From: Tubulanus polymorphus
Taxonomy: Eukaryota > Animalia > Nemertea
Direction: 5' to 3'
DNA length: 64,000 nucleotides
NCBI RefSeq assembly: GCF_964204645.1
Contig: NC_134030.1
Location: forward strand, 4,258,778 to 4,322,777
Below the pieces are notes generated by a model. It saw only the letters and a list, made by a program, of their open reading frames with translations, was not told the origin of the DNA and did not search any database. A program made the position numbers and the translations under genes. Of the stretch, positions 1-11,306 are shown piece by piece (position 1 is the stretch's first letter; each line of letters opens with the position of its first letter).

Positions 1-1
1 G

Positions 2-1936
2 ACCGACGATGCCCGTATCACGGGCTGCCTCCTGAGAGGCGATGATTTCTCTTCGCCTGACAGTCTCGCCGCTCTGGGGACTTATAAACATGTCATCGCA
101 CTTGTGCTAACGCATAATAAAATCAACTCGATGCACAAATGGCCTCTGGTCGGAGACCGCATGCGCCTGTTGCGCCTAGACGGCAATCTGTTCGATTACC
201 TGCCGCGTAACGCGTTCAAAGACGTGCCCAACTTATCCGTTTTGTCTTTATCGCATAATTCGATAGAATCTGTGCACCAGGATGCATACGTCGGTCTTAC
301 CAATCTGCGACATTTGAATATATCGTCTAATCGTCTGACATGCGTGAACGGAGCGGCTTTGCGCTCTTTGACTCAGTTAGAAGTCTTGGATCTGACCGGA
401 AACCTAATAAAAGACTTAGCCGGTGGCCAATTCCGCACTTTGGGTAAACTGACGCACATTTACTTAGGCGGCAACGATATTCATTATGTATACGAAGGTG
501 CATTTGCGGGGCTTCATCGGCTGGAGGTGCTCAATCTGGAGAAAAACCACATCAAGATCGTGCCGACCAGAGCCTTGCAGATATTCCAACTGTTGTCCGA
601 AATTCGATTGAGCGCTAATCATCTATCTCGCTTTCGCCCGGGTGCATTCGAACGGATAAACGTAACGAATTTATTCGTCGACAAGCTGGACGATTTGGTT
701 CTTGTTGACAAAGGTGCGTTCGTCAACATGCCGCATCTGCAGTCGTTAGCTTTACACGGCAATAAACGACTCGGTTACGTCGACGTCGATGCATTCAGCA
801 GGACTCCTAGATTGGAATCGCTGACTCTTCACGGCAACAATCTGAAAGCCATCGAATATAAAATGATCAGACATTTGCCGAATCTGAGTTTCATCAGTTT
901 TCACAGCAATCCGTTGCGTTGTGACTGCTCGATTTTCTGGATCGTCAACGATATTTTCAAGAAACGTCGCTTCACATTTTCACGTTTAGAAGATGCCGTT
1001 TGTTCGTCACCGAAAAGCGCCAAAGGCAGTTTGGTCTATCGACACAATCCACAATTCATTCAACGACAATGCAGCCCCACGATAGTCCCACTATTCGAAA
1101 AACGAATAAGCGTTTTAGTGGGCGACAACTTCACGATGGATTGCCGTGCTGTCGGTGTACCCAATGCCCAGTTGACCTGGATAGACCCGTCCGGCAAAGT
1201 ATATAGAAATATGACCCACTTCGAGAATAAAGCCGTTTCCCCTTCCGGGACATTGATGTTTGATCGCATACGCGCTAGCGATCAGGGTATCTATACTTGC
1301 GCCGCCGACAACGGGATAGGGGACGATAGACGAAGGGTTCTCGTTATCACGAACAAAATCCACGCTAGCCTACTGGTCCTCGGTATCCAGGCGACGTCTA
1401 TTACCGTCACGTGGAACGGTACAACGCCGTTGCTTAGTTACGTGATAATTGTAGAACGTGGGATGAAATCGGAGAAATCGCAACGAATTCACATCCGTCC
1501 TTATATGCGTGAATATACGCTCAGTAATTTGCTGCCGCTACACCAGTATCGAATCTGTATCGCCGTCCTTGAAAAGTCCGTAGCAGCGCGCTATCGTCGA
1601 TGCATTCAAATAACAACTAAATCTATCAGCTATCTTACATCGGGTGTGTTTAATTTCCGAAAATACGTTCTGGGCGGCGTGTTCGGGGTGCTGGTCGTGG
1701 CCGTTCTGGTCGTCATATCTGGATTTTTCGCCTATCGTAAATATCAAAGGAGGCAACGACTTCTGAAAGAACTGTACGGCGATAACTTGTCGCAGTTGTT
1801 TTTCTCGAGTGTCGACAGCTCGTCGGGAATGACCACGCCAGTGACGTACGAGAACGTCACCGCGCAGGCGTACCAAGACGAGGAGGAAGACAGCGCAGAC
1901 GACATAGCCAGCACGTCGAACTTACAGCTGTCCTGA
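2..1936 (+). CDS. LRR-Ig-FN3 single-pass membrane receptor (LRRN/NLRR-like), 5'-truncated by window edge
   Basis: Frame is open from position 2, so the ORF track start at 104 is arbitrary. About 10 LxxLxLxxN repeats, LRRCT cap (NPLRCDC...C...C), I-set Ig domain (DCRAVGVP...W...DQGIYTC), FN3 domain (SITVTW...YTLSNLLPLHQYRIC), TM helix (YVLGGVFGVLVVAVLVVISGFFAY) followed by RKYQRR and a short acidic tail. No introns in this part. Confidence 0.9.
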   Translation, partial: TDDARITGCLLRGDDFSSPDSLAALGTYKHVIALVLTHNKINSMHKWPLVGDRMRLLRLDGNLFDYLPRNAFKDVPNLSVLSLSHNSIESVHQDAYVGLTNLRHLNISSNRLTCVNGAALRSLTQLEVLDLTGNLIKDLAGGQFRTLGKLTHIYLGGNDIHYVYEGAFAGLHRLEVLNLEKNHIKIVPTRALQIFQLLSEIRLSANHLSRFRPGAFERINVTNLFVDKLDDLVLVDKGAFVNMPHLQSLALHGNKRLGYVDVDAFSRTPRLESLTLHGNNLKAIEYKMIRHLPNLSFISFHSNPLRCDCSIFWIVNDIFKKRRFTFSRLEDAVCSSPKSAKGSLVYRHNPQFIQRQCSPTIVPLFEKRISVLVGDNFTMDCRAVGVPNAQLTWIDPSGKVYRNMTHFENKAVSPSGTLMFDRIRASDQGIYTCAADNGIGDDRRRVLVITNKIHASLLVLGIQATSITVTWNGTTPLLSYVIIVERGMKSEKSQRIHIRPYMREYTLSNLLPLHQYRICIAVLEKSVAARYRRCIQITTKSISYLTSGVFNFRKYVLGGVFGVLVVAVLVVISGFFAYRKYQRRQRLLKELYGDNLSQLFFSSVDSSSGMTTPVTYENVTAQAYQDEEEDSADDIASTSNLQLS

Positions 1937-3310
1937 TGATGACGTCATGCACGAAGTTGCAGGCAATGAAATAACCATCGAGGCGTATGAGTTGTCACCG
2001 TAAATCACAAGTTGAATTGGTTCGATTCTCATGAGACTTTAGCTGTTGTTGGAATTTAACTAATTATATAAATAATTTTGTTCAATTACTGTGATGCGAA
2101 CCCAAACTCGAAAACTGTGGTAACACGAGGGAATTATATCTCTATCATCTTACTTATTTCTACAGGATCCCCTATCAAGGGGATGTTTCGGTTTGCAGTA
2201 TACTGGTACATTGTGTCGTCACTGCAGTTATAAGATCCAAGAGGTCACGTTATGAGTTCAGCTTGTGATGCTCGCTTATTGAAATCTACCGTTGGCGGTA
2301 GCGATAATTGCTTACATTGAGAACGACCTTGATTGCTGCTATTGTGAAGAAAATTAGTTTTTCATATCGATATTCAAGTACAGCTACGATTCATCTTATC
2401 AAAACTCACACGTTTGGATCGCAGAATATGCGAGCTGCTTATTTTCACGTATGAATCGTTTATCGGCTGGTAATTTCTGTGGGTTTAGAATTTCTACAAA
2501 ATTTCTAAATCAAGCGTATTCGTGTACATTGTTGAATAAATATTGATTAGTTCTACGTATTTTAGAATAAATTCTTTGAACATCACATTTTGATGTAGAT
2601 TTTCTATATGCTGATGTTGTGTACATAATATATATTGTATATTATAATATTGTGTGTAAATATGATATAATTGAAATTGTGTAAAAACGAATCTCCTTCA
2701 ATAAAGAGGTAATATCGAGAATATCAATTCTATATTCAAACGTTTTCATGTTAGGAGATCGGTGACAATCAAAGATTGAGATAAAAAGGGAATCGCTTCA
2801 TGTCAGTTCAATAGTACATTCATGCCACCATCTAACTGAACTTCAGCTCCCGAGTACTAAGGTCATTTTCAGTATCACCAAAATTCGTTTAGTTCAACCG
2901 TTGCTTCTCCAATCACCCGTTTCTACGACAGACTGCGTGTAGGCTACCACTACTGTACGTGCAACTCAGACCTCCTCTCCATGCCATTTTGTTTTCGCGA
3001 CATCATAATGTTAACTTATCGCAGATGCCATCTATCGGTAATATGGCATTAAAAGTTTACAGAATCCAACGATTTGATAATAAACCTGACCGTTTAAACA
3101 GTTCACGGGTAGCTTATGAAAGTTACACATACAGTGGCAAATAATTGCCGGTCGTTTGGTTCTAAAATCGCTCAAGATGCTCAGAAAATGATTCAATTTT
3201 TTCAAACTTTCTTGGGCCCCCAGACCTTCAAGACTTTGTGCCTACAGCGCTCCCATTGATGTACTAATTACGCGTAGGTCTTTGGTTTGTTCCGGGTTTC
3301 ATTTGTACAC

Positions 3311-3342
3311 CATGGACGTATAAACTAGTTTATACGTCCATG
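3311..3342. repeat. Perfect 32-bp palindrome
   Basis: CATGGACGTATAAACT|AGTTTATACGTCCATG. Confidence 0.9.
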
Positions 3343-3643
3343 ATAATACAAATTATTTCAATTTGGCCATATGATAATGTCGAGGGTTGGCCTCATATGG
3401 AGACATAGTATATATGCATAGTCATTACTCAACGAAAGATGGAATGTAATTAATCGCATTCGATGTCCAGTTGACAATCCCACGTACATTTTTATGTTGT
3501 GATTATGCTGGTGCACCGGTGGTCCAAATGTATCCTTGATCTAAACATAACGATCGCATCGACCCTTTTCATTTGAGCCGTTCAACTCGTTCCGCGCACA
3601 TTGGACTCTCTCGACTCAGTTCCGAGTAACATCTCAACTTGTC

Positions 3644-6600
3644 ATGGGTAATATCGTAAACGCGGTGAAAGTATTTCGCTCGCCGGTCGTCGTGACCGTG
3701 TGGACGGGTGAGCGCCCGAAGTCCGGTACCGACTGTGTGATCAGGCTGAAACTGTATGATCAGGCAGGTACAGCCCTACCTGAAGTGGAGCTCGATAACT
3801 TTTTGCTGGATGATTTTGAAAGAGGAAATGAAGATGAATTTGGTATACCAGCTGATTTTCCCGAATTCCTTGGAATCAGGTACGACTTATAGATAGCAGT
3901 TTGTTCATAATAATTGATGAAGTGAATTTAAGTCAAACAACGTGTTCAAACTCTTTATGAGTAAGATGATAATAATTAAAGTATTTAATGCCAAAAAGAG
4001 GCATCAGAACTGAAAGGACAAACTTAAAGAGGCACATGATAGACACTGAATATGAAGTCACTTGGGAGTCTTGATTTAATTTGACTCTCTGAGTTTAAAC
4101 ATTGAAAATGAAGTGATTTATCTCAATAGGTATCTCTCACACTGTGGAACATGACTTTATTTCACAGTTGTGAGTTAAACTCTGGTTAAAACAAGTTCAT
4201 TTTCAATGCGTTAACTTTGAGTCATTTTTCAATTCGCCGTGGAACCTAGATTCCCGGCACTAAGCGGCCATTTTCTTGCTTTGATTTATTGTGAGAATCT
4301 TACACTTCAGCAAAATGGAGATTTTCACTCGGGCCTCGGGTTTCGACCCTAAATGGTTCGCCAACAGAATCCAAATACACGACAAGAGAACGAGCAAGTT
4401 TTACGAGTTTCCTATTTTGCGTTGGATTCAACCGGATGTGACCTGGAATGTTTCGCTGTACGACACGTCACTTCCGGTCGCGGATAAAAATCCGGAGCAG
4501 CGCGCAAAGGAATTGGCGGAAAAGAAGGAATTGTATAAACTGACCGTCAAGGTTGAAGGTATGCCTGTCCAAATCGATACATTGACGGAGGACGAGTTTT
4601 TCGATGATAAAGCTAAGGTAAATATGATTTTGTTATCAATGAGAAATTGATAATGGTATGAAGGAAAAAGGGACGAAAAATGACTCTTCTAATGAATGTT
4701 TTCTAGGCGGCGTCAGCGTGGACTAAAGTCGGGGTGTTTGGTGAAAAGGCGGCAATGAAAGTGATGGCTAAAGATAGATGGGAAGATCTTCATCAACTGG
4801 CCGCTGTTTACAGAACGATTGGACTGGATGCACCAAAGGTAGCGAAGAATCAAGCTTAAAACATCCCAATCAACCATGTTTTTTTAGATTTCCATTTGCG
4901 CTATTGTTCAATTTATGCACTACCCTTGTATTTACACAGAGTTTAACAAACTGGAAAACTGATGAACACTTCGCCGCTCAACGACTGAGTAGTTGCAGCT
5001 CAAACTTATTAGCCCAATGCGCGAGCGGAATTCCAGCTAAGTATGTTATGATGCGAAGGCAACTGGCAGCGAAATGTGCACTGCCAGTTTTTGCCAGTGT
5101 CCATATAAACCGCGATCACACGGAGACGATTTGGCCCGGGTCAAACTGGTCCGAGAGTGGGTTCACACACATCACTACTAACCAATGTTGTGGCAGGCTG
5201 TGTTGTCTGACGTTTTCGGTTGGGCCAAATTTGGTATCAGCGAGAACGGATGTGGCCCGGGTCAAAAATGCTCTTGGGGCGATCGCGGTTATATTTCAAT
5301 GCACGTCAAATATATACACGCAGACGAACAAAATACATATAAACGACCATTTTTTTCAAGTTTCCCGGTAACTGAAGATATGGTGAAACCGCTACTCGAC
5401 GGCGAAACATTGGAAGACATCAAAACACAGAACCGCTTGTTTATCGTTGATTTGAAGATTCTCGAAGATATTAAGTGTCCAGACGATAGACCAGTTAGTA
5501 ATCAGTTTCCTTTGGCTTTCGGTAATGTATTGTTAATGTGCAAGGGATCACAAATTGGTCATTGCCGGAACCCGGTACAATTAAGCTGGTACCCATTATA
5601 TCAAGACCAGCAGATACTTGCCGAAATAAATAGACATGGCCGGTTTATAGGGTTTTATTTTAATGTGTGTATGTAGGGGCGGGTACATATTGCTTGTCGG
5701 AATAAAAGGTAAAACGTTATGTATAACTTTTCTTACTATTTGTTATTGCAGCTATGCGCTCCCATGGCACTTTTCTTCCTGAATAAATCCAAAGTTTTGA
5801 TGCCGCTTGCGATCCAGCTGTACCAGAAAGAAGGGGATGATAACCCCGTAAGACGGCTTCAATTTCACCTTGCAAAAAATGCTTTCAATTCTTAATTTCA
5901 ATTTGATTACGAAAAACTCTTAGGCACAAAGCTTCATGCAATATTGACAAGCAAACATGAAACTCATTGATAACTAATTAGATTTAATTGTTGGTTTATG
6001 GACATATGGATATATATTCAATCTTTTAGATATTTTTGCCGACTGATGACCCATACGTGTGGCTTTTGGCGAAAATGTGGTTTAATAACGCCGATTGCGC
6101 TTATCACCAAGCACTGTCGAATATCTGTAATTATCGATGAGTCTATGAAAGATGAGAATATGTCGTTACATTGATAATAAAACGGATCGGTCATAACTAA
6201 CTGATTTTCCAGTTAATTCTAATGTAAATGGATATTACTTATCACAACTTATATTTTTTCACAGGTTTCACCCATCTTGCGATGGAAAGCGTCGCGTTGT
6301 GTACAAATCGTAATATATCACCGTCGCATCCGATATATAAACTACTGGCTCCACATATCCATAACCTTCCTATTGTCAATGGGTTAGTATTCAACGGTTC
6401 GCGTAATGGCTTGTTCATTTTTTGGCAGGATCCAAGTCGCTGCGCTGCAAAAAGAACGTTTACTTTCTCTAAGAATAAGATTTCCAATGATTTGAAGAAA
6501 CCATCCAAATATTATTGTTTTAGTAATTCAAAGTCTACTGTTGCCTGCACATGTTGAATCTTAATGAATCTAAACTTTGACGATTGATATTAGCCAGCCG

Positions 6601-8473
6601 GTCATTCGACTATGTCAATATGGTTCCATGGTGTAGTGGTTATCACATCCGCTTTACACGCGGAAGGCCTCGGGTTCGAGCCCCGATGGAACCTTGTTTT
6701 TACAGCTATTTTTTCTAACATATTCCATAGTTTCTTTTCTTTTTATTTCATTTCAGCTTGACACGAAGCAAGTTAATGGCGGCTGGTGGCTGGATTGACA
6801 AGACGATGACCATTGGCCGAGAGGGAGCGCAACAGCTTATCATAAAAGCGTAAGTGAGGGGGTACTCAACCATCATATCTCAAAAAATGATGTTGCCCTG
6901 CCAGTTTCATAGTCAGGTTATTATTCTATTTTGATAGTTGGAAGGAATGGCGAATTGACGCAGATGGAATTCTGATGAATTCTCTCACATTCAAAGGTGT
7001 AAGTAACATCGTATGGTAGGTCCAGGTAGAACGTCATTCCCGTACAAGATGAATATGTAGAAAATCCCACAATAGGTCAAGAAAAAAGATATATTGTCTT
7101 ATATCTAAATCTTCTGATAGAACATTTCGTCTTTTTGTTTGGACTAATTGTGAGATTTTCTTCACAGCGGTGTTTGATTCATCTCTTCCGTTGATACATA
7201 ATCATCAATCACACAAAACTTTTCCGTGCTCAGTAACGCAATGATTATATCTCTATTTTCTACAGGTGGAAAGTGAATCAGTTTTACCTGATTATCACTA
7301 TCGAGATGACGCGGTTCTGATATTTGACCTCATCAAGGTCTATGTCGAAGAGATCGTTAACCATTATTACAGTAAGCATCGATATCTATCCAATACGTCG
7401 CATCAGATTTTCAACTTTCGATTCTCTTGGAATTAGAATACATAAGTGTTATATGCAAACCTGATGAATCTCTTCTGTATTGCAAAAGAAACGGATGATG
7501 CTGTAGTTGCGGACCACGAACTACAGGCCTGGGGAGCAGAACTTGCAGCACCTCACGCCGACGGAGCAGGATGTGGCATTCAGGTACGTTGCAGCAAATT
7601 GTGTGGCCCATAAATGACGCTATCTTTCAGAACTTATCGCTGATCTTTGTTTATAAAATGAGCCTGAATTGTTTCTAAACGTTTTTGTTTAAAATGAATT
7701 ATCATCATTTGCTAAATTCATTTAGAAAACGTCGCACATCACAATATTATTTCCAGCAGATTCAGTGTCAGGCAAGGAGTTTCTGGCCTGCCAAATTAAT
7801 TGAAGTTTAAGCGAGTAACAAAGATTCTGTTGATTCTATATATCTTTCTAGGGCGTTCCCGGCGATGGTAAGTTTGAAAAGAAGAGCGACCTCGTACAAT
7901 TGTTGAATACTATTGTGTATATCTGTTCCGCTGGATACGCGGCCGCTAATTATGCCCAGTACGAGACGTACGCTTTCCCGCCCAACTATCCAACGATTCT
8001 CAATGGAAAACCACCTTCAGATAAGGTAGGTAGATTGATCGATGCGCCATCGGCCTTACTGTTATAGATACTAAATCTCGTCGTAAAATACTGGACGTTT
8101 CTTTAAACAGAAAGCGTTGACCGAAAGAGCAATAGTTGATGCGATCCCGTCGATAGAGCAGTCGTTAGACGTGATGGTAGTGACGCAATTGTTGAGCAAA
8201 CGAGTCTCGAAAGCACTCGGTGACTTCGATGTGCTATACATCTACGAACCAGAAGCGCTGAAAATCGTTCAAAAGTGAGTAAAACACCCCGATACATTTC
8301 TATGAAATCGACTTAGATCTCAACAATTCTGAACGCCTTTTGTGTTTATCCATCGCAGGTTCAAAGATGGTCTGAAGAAAGTAAGTGTTGCGCTAAAAGA
8401 ACGTAATGCCAAGCGGGCCAGGCCTCACGTGATATTGGATCCGGTTGACATACCGAACTACATCAATCTTTAA
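3644..8473 (+). CDS. PLAT + lipoxygenase-domain protein (ALOX/AOS-LOX-like), 15 exons, ~675 aa, probably catalytically inactive
   Basis: Phase-consistent GT-AG exons: 3644-3879, 4311-4617, 4707-4838, 4940-5040, 5361-5493, 5752-5847, 6030-6126, 6265-6382, 6757-6849, 6938-6998, 7266-7371, 7489-7583, 7852-8025, 8111-8274, 8359-8473 (2028 nt). PLAT motifs VTVWTGERPKSGTD, DDFERG, FPILRW. LOX motifs WKTDEHFAAQRL, LMPLAIQL, WLLAKMWFNNAD, THLAME, HPIYKLLAPH, YHYRDD, ELQAW, C-terminal DIPNYINL*. Confidence 0.9.
6622..6694 (+). tRNA. tRNA-Val-TAC: tRNA-Val (anticodon TAC), inside intron 8 of the lipoxygenase gene
   Basis: Cloverleaf: acceptor GGTTCCA/TGGAACC, A-box TGGTGTAGTGG, anticodon arm TCCGC-TTTACAC-GCGGA, T-arm TCGGG-TTCGAGC-CCCGA; Pol III terminator TTTTT at 6697-6701. 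Confidence 0.93.
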
Positions 8474-10409
8474 AAAACCCTCCCTTGCAACTAAAACTAT
8501 TAACAAATCGCAATATGCAACGAATATATACATTATTTCCGAGTCAAAAACAACATGATATATATATATTCGACTTGAAGATTTAATATCGTTTTTCTCA
8601 TACATAGGAAATACGTATGTTAAATTACTTAGAAACCAATGATATATTCGATAACCAGTTTGTATTCATCGAACGATTACCAATTTTTTTTTCAATTTAC
8701 GCAGTTCTAATTCACTAGAGAACATTCTGTTGTTGATCTTAAAATAGGGATTGTCCCCATTATTTATTTATTTGGCTGATAAATTTTGTTTGATTTTTCG
8801 ATTGAGTGTCCCTTACAGACCCACCACACCTGCCGGGAGCGAAACAGGGGGAACATTCTGTTGTTACATGTATAGGCTTGCTCCCACGATGAAAAAATTC
8901 CAAATGATAAGAGATTTTTTATTAGAGATAGGACATCTGTTTATTCTTGGTCGATAATGTAAATGTAGATTGATATCGTCAGGAGAACTCGTCACTATCT
9001 TTGGAAAAAATGTATATACCCATGTAAAGACTCTTCCGTTCAAAATGGCTACCCGTATATACACTGGCTTGTGCCACGTGTTTTGATGTGTGTTGGGATC
9101 TAGGTTTGATTTTTAACGTCTGTCATATCATTATTCCATGCGGCCAATCACTACTTTTGTACCCAAGATTACATTTCACTTTGTCGTCTTTCTAGGTCAA
9201 CGTATAAAATGCATAAGGCTTATTCTATTCTCACGAATAGTATTTAGTATTAATCGAAAACTATATATTATTGAATTCTTTATTAGTTTTAGCATTACAT
9301 CTGATTTTCTTCAAACGAGTGCGGTTTAAATAGATTAACGGTTATCAATAGTTATTATTGACGTAAAAGCGTGTTGTGATACTGAAGTATGAAATGCATA
9401 TATATTGTGAAATAAAATGTTCTTCTTGGTTGAATTTATCTTTATGTATCTTACATCTTGGATCAACCATTAACCACTCCATTTGGAGCATCAATCTGCT
9501 CGCCATTTGTTTCCCCGAAGATAGCATAAAATGCTGGTTTTTGCGATCGATCCGAATCCGTTTCGAAAAAGGTACGTAACCATATAAAGACAGAGCTCTG
9601 TGAATATATCCATTGTATTTAAAATCTATATTAAAACATTGTATCTAAAATCTATATTGACACATTGTGTTTAAAATCTATATTGAAATTTATATATCCA
9701 TATGCATGAAGTTAAAAATATTAATGATCAAAATTATAAATATTAACAAAATAATCAACGAGTTCTTTACGTTCAAATGTAAGCAGTACCAGAATCTATT
9801 TACTACACGGTCGTAACACGCAACGAAATATACATTACTTTCACAGAGTGCTATTATAGACAGGCCCAAAACTATTGAAATGAAAAATCTAAAATATCAT
9901 ATCTCACTCCCATCTTTTGGAATTACTGTAAGACCATTATTTCATTTCTAAATATATTTAAACTATACATACGTGTAAATACATGATTAATTCTAATGTA
10001 ATCCATCAAAATCATGCGATATAATGCATAATGTCCTGTAATTTACAGAATGTGTATGAATGTGCGTTTATAGGCTACTGGACGTTTGAGGCTAAAAATC
10101 ATCTTTTAACTTCACCAGATGTGCTCAGCGTTTTGTTCACAAATCCAAAGATTACGAATGAGACGAATGAAATATTATACAGTTCGGAAATATAACTGTC
10201 GGTGTAATTCATTGTACAGTAAACGTCACCTTACTCAGGCATGATGCTATATCCGCACTTTCGACTAACTCGGACAAAAACGATGGCACTTTTTAATTTC
10301 CAACATTATGTTTCTGACCCTTAAACGCAATCGTTGCCTTTGGGCCTTTTTGCAAAATCCTTTCGTTTTCTTTGTCAGAGGCTCGGTTTAGTGTAAAATG
10401 AAATATGAT

Positions 10410-11306
10410 TTAGTTTGACGAAAGCAGTATGTCGGTCTCCGAATCGCTTTCACCTGGCTGTGGCGCCAACAAAGCGCGTTTAAACTCGCGACGATCATTC
10501 ATATTTTCTAAGTCGATTTCTTCGATATTCGTCTCGCGTCTGTAGCCAAGAATTCTACAATAGAAAACATTCACAATCGCTCCAATCGTGAATATAACTA
10601 TCAAAATTATCAACGCATGCCAGCCGAACATGATTGTCGTGATCATTAAGTGCTCGTGGTCTTCGCTGGACCATCTTTCGCCACTTCTCCTCGGGTTGTA
10701 GAGGATGAAAGCTACCTGCCAAAACCAGGTACCTTGTAGCAGGACGAAAAATGCACTAGTTAGTCCGGCGAGGACGTTATTAGGGAATCGCATCTGGACA
10801 AGTATGGCTAGGGCACTGCAGAATATGGCGTATAGCAGTAGCGTGTGTATTTGAATATCGATAGCATTTCGACCGAAAAGGTGGAACTTGAACAAGAGTC
10901 CTTCGACTGTAAAAGCCAACGCCAAGGCAATGTAATCACTATTCTTCGGCACGAATCTCACTTTGTGATGCAGCAAGATATCCACGATACCGCTGACGAT
11001 AAAAGGGGCATACATCGTGGAATGTTGTTTGTTTCCAATATACACAACGAACCTTCCTCCTTGCATGTAGCTATTGGTCACTTCACCGAATATTCCGATG
11101 CTCGCCACTAGAATCTTTATGACGCCTTCGATTTGGTACCTTTTGAAACATCCACAAAGACATGCTAGCGGATACGTGGCGGAATTGCGGTATGTCGAGC
11201 TTTCGTATTTTGATTTAAAGTATCGAATCCATATTTGTATTGTCCAGTGTAGCGCGAACACTAAGAAAAAACTTCCCGGCAAAACGTGACCCTGGAAGGA
11301 TCCCAT
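10410..11306 (-). CDS. TMEM45B: Transmembrane protein 45B-like (DUF716 family), 298 aa, single coding exon
   Basis: Starts MGSFQGHVLPGSFF; family motifs QHSTMY, VEGLLFKFH, IHTLLL, LQGTWFWQVAFILY, WH; several TM segments. ATG at 11306 lies just after a TTTAG acceptor, so the ORF-track extension to 11378 is probably intronic. Confidence 0.9.
   Translation of the reverse strand: MGSFQGHVLPGSFFLVFALHWTIQIWIRYFKSKYESSTYRNSATYPLACLCGCFKRYQIEGVIKILVASIGIFGEVTNSYMQGGRFVVYIGNKQHSTMYAPFIVSGIVDILLHHKVRFVPKNSDYIALALAFTVEGLLFKFHLFGRNAIDIQIHTLLLYAIFCSALAILVQMRFPNNVLAGLTSAFFVLLQGTWFWQVAFILYNPRRSGERWSSEDHEHLMITTIMFGWHALIILIVIFTIGAIVNVFYCRILGYRRETNIEEIDLENMNDRREFKRALLAPQPGESDSETDILLSSN

Noticed and set aside
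1000-1876. Short overlapping and antisense ORFs within the LRR gene (and similar 60-110 aa ORFs across the window)
   Set aside because: Shadow ORFs of real coding exons or random AT-rich frames with no recognisable domains.
1934-1942. TGA TGA TGA at the end of the LRR gene as selenocysteine or readthrough signal
   Set aside because: No extended downstream coding signal or recognisable SECIS; most simply tandem stops.
6120-7938. RNA editing restoring the LOX histidines
   Set aside because: Would need A-to-C and U-to-C changes, which are not standard animal editing types.
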